From Alphaproteobacteria bacterium (GTDB taxonomy: Bacteria; Pseudomonadota; Alphaproteobacteria; GCA-2731375), in assembly GCA_965225945.1 (NCBI GenBank), contig CBDDBZ010000039.1, positions 629,458 to 693,457 of the forward strand: a DNA stretch of 64,000 bases. Reading direction: 5' to 3'. Positions within the stretch are counted from its first letter, which is position 1; every line of letters begins with the position of its first letter. The notes below the pieces were generated by a model. The model was not told where the DNA came from. It saw only the letters and a list, made by a program, of their open reading frames with translations, and did not search any database. Made by a program: the position numbers and the translations under genes. Shown here one piece after another: positions 33,420-41,710 of this stretch.

Positions 33420-35050
33420 CGACGCGCGAATTCGACGCGGTCAACCTCGGCATCATGTGGGACCGGCTGATCTCGATCACCGACGAGGTCACCTCGGCGC
33501 TGGTCCGTAGTTCCTTCTCCACCATCGTTCGCGAAAGCGGCGATCTCTCCGTCGTGCTGCTGGACGCGGCCGGCAATGCGCTGGCCCAGGGTCACTACTC
33601 CGTGCCCTCCTTCACCGGCACCGCCGCGCCGACGCTTGGGCACATGCTGCGGCGCTTTCCGCCCGAATCGCTTCGCCCCGGCGACATCATCGCCACCAAC
33701 GATGCCTGGATGGGGACCGGCCACCTCTACGACATCAACGTCATGCGGCCGGTCTTCAAGGGCGAAATAATCGTCGGCTACACCATTTCGATCACTCATT
33801 TGCCGGATATCGGCGGGCCCGGCTTCGGCGCTAGCGCGACGGAGATCTATCACGAGGGCCTGCGCCTGCCGATCTGCAAGCTGGTGCGCGAGGGTGAGTT
33901 GGACGAGACGGTGATCGATATCGTCCGCAACAACGTCCGGGTGCCGGAGCAGGTGTTCGGCGATCTGATGGCCAACGTCACCTGCAACGAGGTCGGCGGC
34001 CGGCAGTTGCTGGAGTTCCTGGACGAATACGGACTGGACGACATCGAGGATCTGTCGCGGGCGATCCGCGAATCTTCCGAACGCGCGCTCCGCGAGCGTA
34101 TCGGCGAGATCCCCGAGGGCGTCTATTCGAACGCGCTCCAGATCGAGGCGATCGACGAGCCAGTGACGCTTCGCTGCGAGGTGACGGTCCGAGGCGACGA
34201 GATCGCGATCGACTTCGCCGGCACCGGGCGAACCGTGCCGCGCGGCATCAACGTGCCGTTCTGCTATACCCGCGCCATGACGCTCTACGCGGTGAAGTGC
34301 CTCACCGTGCCGAGGATGCCCAACAACGAGGGGGCTGTGGCGCCGATCAGCGTCACCGCGCCCGAGGGCTGCATCCTCAATGCCCTACCGCCGGCGGCGA
34401 CCGGGGGCCGGCACGTGATCGGCCATTTCGCCGTGGCTTGCGTCTTCGGCGCGCTGGCCGAGGTGGTGCCGGCAATGGCGCAGGCCGATTGCGGCCTGAT
34501 GAACCTGGTGACCTTCCAGGGCCGCCATCGCGACGGGCGGCGGATCTCGACGATCTATTTCGCCTCGGGCGGTTTCGGCGCGCTCGAGGGCCGGGACGGC
34601 GCCGAGGTCACGCCCGGCCCCTCCAACATGGGCTCGGTGCCGGCGGAGATGTGGGAATCGCTCACCAGCACGACGATTGTGGAGAAGCGCCTGCTGCCCG
34701 ACAGCGGTGGTGCGGGCGCGGCCAGGGGCGGGGCCGGCCAGGAGATCACCTTCCGCAACGATAGCGGCGAGGACATGCAGCTCTTTTGCATGGCGGCCCG
34801 CACCGAGTTTCCGGCCCGGGGCTTCCTCGGCGGTGGCGAGGGTGGTTATCGGCAGATCCTGATCAACGGCGAAGTGGTGCATCCCAAGGGCACGCACGTC
34901 TTGCGGCCGGGCGACAGCTTCACCATGCGGGAAGCCGGCGGCGGCGGTTTCGGCGACCCGCGCGCGCGGCCGAGGGCGCTGGTGGCGGTGGACGTCGCCG
35001 CCGGTCTGGTCACGCCCGAGGCGGCGGCACGGGACTACGGGCGGGGCTGA
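33416..35050 (+). CDS. Hydantoinase B/5-oxoprolinase family protein (tandem paralogue)
   Basis: Same motif set and clear collinear similarity to the preceding gene; ATGA overlap. Confidence 0.93.
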   Translation: MTTREFDAVNLGIMWDRLISITDEVTSALVRSSFSTIVRESGDLSVVLLDAAGNALAQGHYSVPSFTGTAAPTLGHMLRRFPPESLRPGDIIATNDAWMGTGHLYDINVMRPVFKGEIIVGYTISITHLPDIGGPGFGASATEIYHEGLRLPICKLVREGELDETVIDIVRNNVRVPEQVFGDLMANVTCNEVGGRQLLEFLDEYGLDDIEDLSRAIRESSERALRERIGEIPEGVYSNALQIEAIDEPVTLRCEVTVRGDEIAIDFAGTGRTVPRGINVPFCYTRAMTLYAVKCLTVPRMPNNEGAVAPISVTAPEGCILNALPPAATGGRHVIGHFAVACVFGALAEVVPAMAQADCGLMNLVTFQGRHRDGRRISTIYFASGGFGALEGRDGAEVTPGPSNMGSVPAEMWESLTSTTIVEKRLLPDSGGAGAARGGAGQEITFRNDSGEDMQLFCMAARTEFPARGFLGGGEGGYRQILINGEVVHPKGTHVLRPGDSFTMREAGGGGFGDPRARPRALVAVDVAAGLVTPEAAARDYGRG

Positions 35051-35059
35051 GCCGGGCCG

Positions 35060-35752
35060 ATGCGCCTCGCCGGGTGGCTCGTCGCGCTCCTGATTCTTTA
35101 TCCGGGTACGGGCGCCAGGGCCGAGGCCCGCGAGGTCGACCTGGAGCTGGTGCTGGCGCTCGACGTCTCGTCCTCGATCTCGGCCGCGGAATACCTGTTG
35201 CAAGTCGAGGGCTTGGCGGCGGCCTTTCGCAGCCCCGAGGTGGGGGAGGCAATCGCTGGCTTCGCGCCGCGCGGGATCGCGGTGGTGGTGCTGCAATGGG
35301 CGAGCGTCGGCGAGCAGCGCCGGATGGTGCCGTGGCGCTGGGTGCGCGATGGGGCGAGCGCCGAGCGCTTCGCCGCCGAGATCGCGGGCATGCGCCGCAT
35401 CGGCCACGAGGGGGTGACGGCGATCGCGCTGGCGATCGAGCGCTCCCGGCGGCTCTTCGGGGGCAATGGTTTCGAGGGCGCGCGCCGGGTGATCGACGTC
35501 TCGGGCGATGGCCACTCCAACCAGGGCCCGGCGGTCGGGCCGGCGCGCCGGCGGGCGGAGGCCGACGGAATCACCATCAACGGCCTGGCGATCGTCAACG
35601 AGCAGCCCCGCCTCGACGAGTATTATCGTCGCAACGTCATCGCCGGGCCGGGCGCCTTCGTCATCGAGGCGGCCGACTACGACGACTTCGCCCGCGCCAT
35701 CCGCGCCAAGCTGGTGCGCGAGATCCGCGGCGCCGGGTTGGCGCTGAGGTGA
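35060..35752 (+). CDS. DUF1194 (vWA-like) exported protein
   Basis: Signal peptide, LVLALDVSSSI, VIDVSGDG, INGL, AIRAKLVREI. Confidence 0.88.
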   Translation: MRLAGWLVALLILYPGTGARAEAREVDLELVLALDVSSSISAAEYLLQVEGLAAAFRSPEVGEAIAGFAPRGIAVVVLQWASVGEQRRMVPWRWVRDGASAERFAAEIAGMRRIGHEGVTAIALAIERSRRLFGGNGFEGARRVIDVSGDGHSNQGPAVGPARRRAEADGITINGLAIVNEQPRLDEYYRRNVIAGPGAFVIEAADYDDFARAIRAKLVREIRGAGLALR

Positions 35753-35819
35753 AGGTGGGCGACGCCGGAACCTGGAAGCTGATGAAATTCGCGAAACGCT
35801 TGCGGAAAATCACGGACGA

Positions 35820-36476
35820 TCAGCCGCTACCTTCGCCTCGCCCCCACGTCGTCGCCAGGCGGTGGTCGAAGTTGCGCCGCCAGATCGGGGCGATGATCGG
35901 GTGGCGGGCGACGCGATGGGTCAGGTCGTCGCAGCGCGGCAAGTCGTGGCCGCCACCCTGCCAGGCGTTCAGCATGGCGAGATAGACGTCCGCCAGGGAC
36001 ATCGAGTCGCCCAACAAGAACCCACCCGGCCGGAGTTCGCCCTCGATGAGGCCGAGGCCGTCGGACATACGTTTCGTCGCGGCCTCGGCGACGCCGGCGG
36101 CACCGGCGGAGTCGGTGGTGAATCGTTCGGGATATCCCTTGCGGATCTCGCTTTCGTAAATGTTGGCGCTCATGAAGACGATCCAGCGCAGGAACACCGC
36201 ATGCGCCGTCGTCCCGGGTGTAGGTCCAAGCTCCTTGTCCGGATGACAGGCCGCGAGATGGACGAGGATGGCGGCCGTCTCGGTCATCATGGTCCCGTCA
36301 GGCATCACGAGCACCGGCACCTGGCCCCAGGGATTGATCCGGCGAAAGGTCGCCGGCAGCGGCGTGCCGGGCACCGAGTCCAGCCTGACGAGTTCATGAG
36401 GGACGTCCGCCAGCGCCAACGCCGCCTCGACGACGAAGCCGCCCGAGCCTTCACGATTGTAGAGCTTGTAGGCCAT
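35820..36476 (-). CDS. Glutathione S-transferase family protein
   Basis: INPWGQVPVL, MTETAAIL, FLLGDSMSLADVY. Confidence 0.9.
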   Translation of the reverse strand: MAYKLYNREGSGGFVVEAALALADVPHELVRLDSVPGTPLPATFRRINPWGQVPVLVMPDGTMMTETAAILVHLAACHPDKELGPTPGTTAHAVFLRWIVFMSANIYESEIRKGYPERFTTDSAGAAGVAEAATKRMSDGLGLIEGELRPGGFLLGDSMSLADVYLAMLNAWQGGGHDLPRCDDLTHRVARHPIIAPIWRRNFDHRLATTWGRGEGSG

Positions 36477-36554
36477 CCTCGAATTTCTCTTCTCCAGAGG
36501 CCCGAGGTCGTATTGCAGGATGGAACTACGTCGCTCCAGCCGACGTAGCTCCTT

Positions 36555-38639
36555 CTACAGCGCGATGACGATATTGCCGTAGTCGTCGAGCCGCGCCGTC
36601 GCGCCCGGCGGGATGACGGTGGTGCTGTCGTATTCCTCGACGATGGCCGGGCCCTCGCGGCCCTCGGCGAGCTCGCGCCGGGCCAGGATCGGGGTCTCCA
36701 GCCAGCCCATGTCGGGGCCGAAATAGGCCTTCCGCGCGCCCCCGCCCGAGGCTTCCTCCCGCTCGGCGACGACGCGATCCGGCACGTTCGGGCGGTCGGG
36801 CAAGCCCTGGCCCACGACCTGGACGTTGACCAGCTCCACCGGCTCCTCCGGTCCGGCCCGGTGGCCGTAGGTGGTCTCGTGCTCCTGGCCGAAGGCCTCG
36901 TCCATCGCCGCGACCGCGGCCGCATCGATCTCGCCGTCGGCCACCGGCACGGTCAATTCGTAGATCTGGCCCTTGTAGTGCATGTTGGCGGCGCGGCGGG
37001 TCAGAATTTGATCGTCGCGGAAGCCGTCGGCGCGTAGCTGCGCCCGGGCCTCGTCCGCCATCGCCTCCCAGACCTGGTGCAATTCGGCCGGGTCGGCAGT
37101 CCTGAGCATGCGGCGGAAGGTCCTGGAGTAGTGGTGCTCCACGTCGGCGTAGAGGAGGCCGAAGGAGGAAAACAGCCCGGCCGAGGGCGGCACCACGATC
37201 CGCTTCATCGCCAAGGCCTCCGCCATGGGGACGGCGAACAGCGGACCGTTGCCGCCGAAGGCGAAGAGTGTGTATTCACGCGGATCGCGCCCGCGCTCGC
37301 TGGAGACCGCCTTGATCGCCCGGATCATGTTGGAGCCGGCGATCAGATGGGCGCCGTGCGCGGCGCGGGCGAGCTCGAGGCCCATAGGTTCCGCCACCCG
37401 CTCGGCGAAGACTTCGCGCGCCTTCTCGGCATTGAGCTTCAGGTCGCCGCCGATCAAATGCGAGGGGTTGAGGTAGCCGAGGATCAGGCTGGCGTCGGTG
37501 ATGGTCGGGTCCTCGCCGCCGCTGTCGTAGCACACCGGGCCGGGCTCGGCGCCCGCGCTCTCGGGCCCCACCCGCAGCGAGCCGGCGGCATCGATCCAGA
37601 CCTTGGAGCCGCCGCCGGCCCCCACCTCGGCCAGATCGATCGACGGGATCTTCAACATGTAGCCGGCGCCCGTCAGCAGGCGCGAGCCGAGCATGATGCC
37701 GCCGCCGACCTGGTATTCCTGGCTCCGCGTGACCTCGCCGCCCTCGATCAGCGCCGCCTTAGCGGTGGTGCCGCCCATGTCGAGGGTGATGACGTTCGCG
37801 AGGCCGATCTTGGCCGCCAGCGCCTGGGCGCCGACGACGCCGGCGGCGGGGCCGGACTCGATGATATTGGCCGGCAACCGGGCCGCCACTTCCGAGGTCG
37901 TGAGACCGCCGTTCGACTGCATCAGCAATAGCGGCGAGGTGATCGAGGCGTCGTTCAAGTCGGCGCGTAGCTGGGTCAGATAGCGGGCGACCACGGGTAG
38001 GATGTAGGCGTTGATGACGGTCGTCGAGGTCCGCTCATATTCCTTGATCTCCGGCAGCACGTCGAAGCTGATGCAGCAGGGAAGCTCGGGCGCCTTGGCT
38101 TGGATGATCTCCTTCAGGCTTTGTTCATGCGCCGGATTGGCGAAGGAGTTCAGCAGGCAGACCGCGATCGCCTCCACCCCCTCGGCCAGCAGCGAATCGA
38201 CGGTGGCCTCCGCGTCTAGGGGATCGAGCGCGGTCAGGACCTCGCCGTCGACGCTCACCCGTTCGTCGACGACATGGCGCAGATAGCGCTCGACCAGCGG
38301 CGGCGGCTTTTCCCAGTGCAGGTCGTAGAGCCTGGGCATGCGGAGATTGCGGATCTCCAGGACATCGCGGAAGCCCTTGGTGGTGATCAGGCCGGTGAGC
38401 GCCCCCTTGTGTTCCAGGATCGCGTTCGAGGCCACCGTGGTGCCGTGGCGGATCTCCTCGACGTCGGCGCCGGAAAGCCCGGTATCGGCGAACACCTCCC
38501 GCAGGCCGCCGGCGATGGCGTGGGCGTAGTTGTCGACGCTGGACGAAACCTTCTTGGTGTGAAGCTGTCCGTCGGGCGCGAGAAAGACGATATCGGTGAA
38601 GGTGCCGCCGATGTCGACACCGACGCGAAGGTTCCCCAT
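36555..38639 (-). CDS. Hydantoinase A/5-oxoprolinase family ATPase subunit
   Basis: GVDIGGTFTD, HGTTVASNA, EYERTSTT, SGPAAG, DMGGTT, GPESAGA.PGP.CY. Confidence 0.95.
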   Translation of the reverse strand: MGNLRVGVDIGGTFTDIVFLAPDGQLHTKKVSSSVDNYAHAIAGGLREVFADTGLSGADVEEIRHGTTVASNAILEHKGALTGLITTKGFRDVLEIRNLRMPRLYDLHWEKPPPLVERYLRHVVDERVSVDGEVLTALDPLDAEATVDSLLAEGVEAIAVCLLNSFANPAHEQSLKEIIQAKAPELPCCISFDVLPEIKEYERTSTTVINAYILPVVARYLTQLRADLNDASITSPLLLMQSNGGLTTSEVAARLPANIIESGPAAGVVGAQALAAKIGLANVITLDMGGTTAKAALIEGGEVTRSQEYQVGGGIMLGSRLLTGAGYMLKIPSIDLAEVGAGGGSKVWIDAAGSLRVGPESAGAEPGPVCYDSGGEDPTITDASLILGYLNPSHLIGGDLKLNAEKAREVFAERVAEPMGLELARAAHGAHLIAGSNMIRAIKAVSSERGRDPREYTLFAFGGNGPLFAVPMAEALAMKRIVVPPSAGLFSSFGLLYADVEHHYSRTFRRMLRTADPAELHQVWEAMADEARAQLRADGFRDDQILTRRAANMHYKGQIYELTVPVADGEIDAAAVAAMDEAFGQEHETTYGHRAGPEEPVELVNVQVVGQGLPDRPNVPDRVVAEREEASGGGARKAYFGPDMGWLETPILARRELAEGREGPAIVEEYDSTTVIPPGATARLDDYGNIVIAL

Positions 38640-38742
38640 GGCGTGGCTGTTCCTGGTTGTCGATAAGGAGGACGGGTCGGGACGCGCCTCGTCCAGGGCG
38701 TAGTCGCTCGAGGTTGCGCGCTCGGTTGGGTCGGGACGCCGA

Positions 38743-40548
38743 TCACTCGGCCGCTTCGACCGAGGCCAGGTCGGTCCAGGCGTCGGTCCAGGTGACCGGC
38801 GCCGGCTCGCCCGCCGGCCGGGCCGCCCGCATCCTCGCGCGAAGCTTTGCCGTCGCCGCCTCGTCGACCCGCCAGGCCTCGGCGTCGACGATCACGCCAT
38901 AATCGGCCCGCGCGCGGGCCAGGCTCAGGAACTCGTTGCGCACGTCGCTGAGCACTGCCGCCGGCTCCCGCTCCAGCGGGTCGCCCCAGCCGCCGCCGCC
39001 CGCCAGCTCGTGGCGGAAGACGTCGCCCCGCTTGATCTCCATGGTGAGCTTGGTGGGCAGCTCCCGGTTCGCACCGTCGGGGTCCATGAAATTGAGCGAG
39101 GGCTGGCCCGCGCCGCCGCCATAGAGGCCATAGGGCCGAAAGCGCCTGCGGTCGGAGCGGACTTGCAGGATGCCTTCCGCCTCCAGGAACTCGTAGTCGC
39201 GCCGGTAGGGGACGCCGCCGCGATATTTGCCGATGCCGGCGCGGTCGGGGATGAAATCGTAGGAGCCGATCCTGATCGGGTTCTCCGCCTCCGTCACCTC
39301 GACCGACTGCGAGGCCATGTTGGCGAACATGTTGGAGTTGCCGTCGAGGCCGTCCGACCAGGGCCGCCCGCCCCAGGTGCCGCAGGTGAAGTCGACGTAG
39401 ATGAAGGGGTTGCGGTCGTCGTCGTAGCCGCCGATGGAGACCCCGGTGTTGCCGCCGTCGGAGGCGGCGAAGACCCGGTCCGGGACCATCATGGCGAGCG
39501 CGCCGAAGGCGCAGTCGACCATGCGGAAGCCGGTCAGGCCGCGCGCCGCGCAGGCCGCCGGCAGCACGCCGTTGGCGATGGTGCCGGGGGGCGCCGTCAC
39601 CTCGATCACCCGGAAGACGCCCTCGTTGTTGGGAATGCCGCCGGGCAGGATCGAGCGGATGGCGGTATAGGTCGCGGCCTTGGTGAAGGAGAGCGTGTTG
39701 TTGATCGCGCCCTTGACCTGGGCCGAGGTGCCGGTCCAGTCGACCTTCATCGAGTCGCCCTGCTTGTGCATGGTGACGAAGAGGCGGATCGGCTTGTCGC
39801 GATCGATGCCGTCGTCGTCGATCCAGTCCTCGAAGCTGTAGGTGCCGTCCGGCAGCTCCGAGATCGCCGCCCGGGTCAGCCGCTCGGCATAGTCGATCAC
39901 CTCCGCCATATAGAGCTTCACGGTCTCCTTGCCGTAGCGCTCGATCAGCTCCATGAACTGCCGCTCGGCGATGGTGCAGGCGGCGAGCTGGGCGCGGAGA
40001 TCGCCGAACACCTTGACCGGCACCCGGACGTTTTTCTCGATCATCGAGAACATGGTCTCGTTCCGCTTGCCGCGATCGAACAGCTTCAGCGGCGGGATGC
40101 GCAGGCCTTCCTGATAAATCTCGGTGGAATCGGAGGCGTTGGAGCCAGCGACCCGGCCGCCGACGTCGGTGTGGTGGCAGATGGTCGCGGCGAAGGCGAT
40201 CCGCTCGCCGTCGACGAAGAGCGGCTTGAAGATGAAGATGTCGGGGAGATGCATGCCGCCGTCGAAGGGGTCGTTCAGGATGAACATGTCTCCGGGATTT
40301 ATTTCGCCGGCGAAACGTTCGACGATGACGTCGAGCGCGGTCGGGATCGAGCCCAGGTGGCCCGGCAGCGTCAGGCCCTGCGCCACCAGCTTGCCCTCGG
40401 CGTCGGCGAAGGCGGTGGAGAAGTCCATGTTGTCGCGCAGCACGGAGGAATAGGTGGTGCGACAGATGGTCAGCGCCATCTCGTCGGCGATGGAGAAGAT
40501 CGAGTTCTTGAACAATTCGAAGGCGATCGGATCCTGGATCTCGGTCAT
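38743..40548 (-). CDS. Hydantoinase B/5-oxoprolinase family protein
   Basis: DFSTA, NDPFDGGMHLPD, HHTDVGG, GGGGWGDP. Confidence 0.94.
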   Translation of the reverse strand: MTEIQDPIAFELFKNSIFSIADEMALTICRTTYSSVLRDNMDFSTAFADAEGKLVAQGLTLPGHLGSIPTALDVIVERFAGEINPGDMFILNDPFDGGMHLPDIFIFKPLFVDGERIAFAATICHHTDVGGRVAGSNASDSTEIYQEGLRIPPLKLFDRGKRNETMFSMIEKNVRVPVKVFGDLRAQLAACTIAERQFMELIERYGKETVKLYMAEVIDYAERLTRAAISELPDGTYSFEDWIDDDGIDRDKPIRLFVTMHKQGDSMKVDWTGTSAQVKGAINNTLSFTKAATYTAIRSILPGGIPNNEGVFRVIEVTAPPGTIANGVLPAACAARGLTGFRMVDCAFGALAMMVPDRVFAASDGGNTGVSIGGYDDDRNPFIYVDFTCGTWGGRPWSDGLDGNSNMFANMASQSVEVTEAENPIRIGSYDFIPDRAGIGKYRGGVPYRRDYEFLEAEGILQVRSDRRRFRPYGLYGGGAGQPSLNFMDPDGANRELPTKLTMEIKRGDVFRHELAGGGGWGDPLEREPAAVLSDVRNEFLSLARARADYGVIVDAEAWRVDEAATAKLRARMRAARPAGEPAPVTWTDAWTDLASVEAAE

Positions 40549-40766
40549 CGGCGTCAGTCCCACTGAATGTGCCCGCTGGAGCACGGTCGGCGAAGCTTAC
40601 CGATCCGCCGCGCCTCCGTCCAGGCCGGACGGGCGGCGGCCGATGCCCGGGGTCGTGGGCCAAGGCAACGGCGTCTCGCCCATGGCGACCTTTCGAATTC
40701 CGACCGACCCGCTATGATCATCCCTCGATATGCGCTTTGACGCCAAGCGGCGAGGGGAGGGACGTG

Positions 40767-41645
40767 ATGGTGAAGGTCGGTGAGTTCGAGTTGAGCCGGG
40801 TGGTCGAGATGGAATTTCCCTTCGTCGAGGCTTCGGCCTTCCTGCCCGATTCCACGCCCGAGGTGATCGAGGCCAATGCCGAGTGGCTCTATCCCCGCTA
40901 CATGCAGCCGGGCGGGGACATGTGCAATTTCGCGTTCCAGTCCTACATCCTGCGCACAGCCCACCACACCATCCTGGTCGACACCTGCGTCGGCAACGAC
41001 AAGCCGCGCCCGGCCCGGCCGATGTGGGACATGATGAACGGCCCCTATCTCGCCGACCTGGCGGCCGCCGGCGTCCAGCCGGAGGAAGTCGACTTCGTGC
41101 TCTGCACCCATCTCCACGTCGACCACGTGGGCTGGAACACCCGGCTCGTCGACGGCCGCTGGGTGCCGACCTTCCCCAACGCCAAATACGTCTTCGCGCG
41201 CAAGGAGCACGACTTCTGGGAGACCGGCTGGCGCGAGGGCACGACGGGCCTGGTTCCCAACGTCTATGACGATAGCGTGCTTCCGGTGGTCGAGGCGGGA
41301 CAGGCGGTGCTGGTCGATTGGGACCATCAGTTGGAGGACGGCGTCTCGCTGGAGCCGGCGCCGGGCCACACCCCGGGCAACATCGTGATCAACCTCGCCT
41401 CGGCCGGCGCCTCGGCGGTGCTGAGCGGCGATGTGGTGCACCACCCCTTGCAACTGGTCCGCCCCGAATGGTCGAGCCGGGCCTGCGAGGACCAGGCGCT
41501 CTCGGCGACGACCCGGCGCGCGCTCTTGGAGAAGCACGCCGACAGCGACACGCTCTTCTGCCCGGCGCACTTCGCCTCGCCCACCCTCGGCCACATCGTC
41601 TCCAAGGGCGACGCCTTCGCTTATGAGCTGCTGGGCGAGGGCTGA
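40767..41645 (+). CDS. MBL-fold metallo-hydrolase
   Basis: THLHVDHVG, PGHTPG, GDVVHH, PAHF. Confidence 0.92.
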   Translation: MVKVGEFELSRVVEMEFPFVEASAFLPDSTPEVIEANAEWLYPRYMQPGGDMCNFAFQSYILRTAHHTILVDTCVGNDKPRPARPMWDMMNGPYLADLAAAGVQPEEVDFVLCTHLHVDHVGWNTRLVDGRWVPTFPNAKYVFARKEHDFWETGWREGTTGLVPNVYDDSVLPVVEAGQAVLVDWDHQLEDGVSLEPAPGHTPGNIVINLASAGASAVLSGDVVHHPLQLVRPEWSSRACEDQALSATTRRALLEKHADSDTLFCPAHFASPTLGHIVSKGDAFAYELLGEG

Positions 41646-41710
41646 GCCGAGGCCGCGAGGCGCCGCGCGCCGTGGCGGGAAATCGACGCGGATGCTAATC
41701 TAGCGACGCG

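Noticed and set aside
38674-38739. 12-bp direct repeat GGGTCGGGACGC between hyuB and hyuA
   Set aside because: Only two short GC-rich copies with no further structure; likely chance
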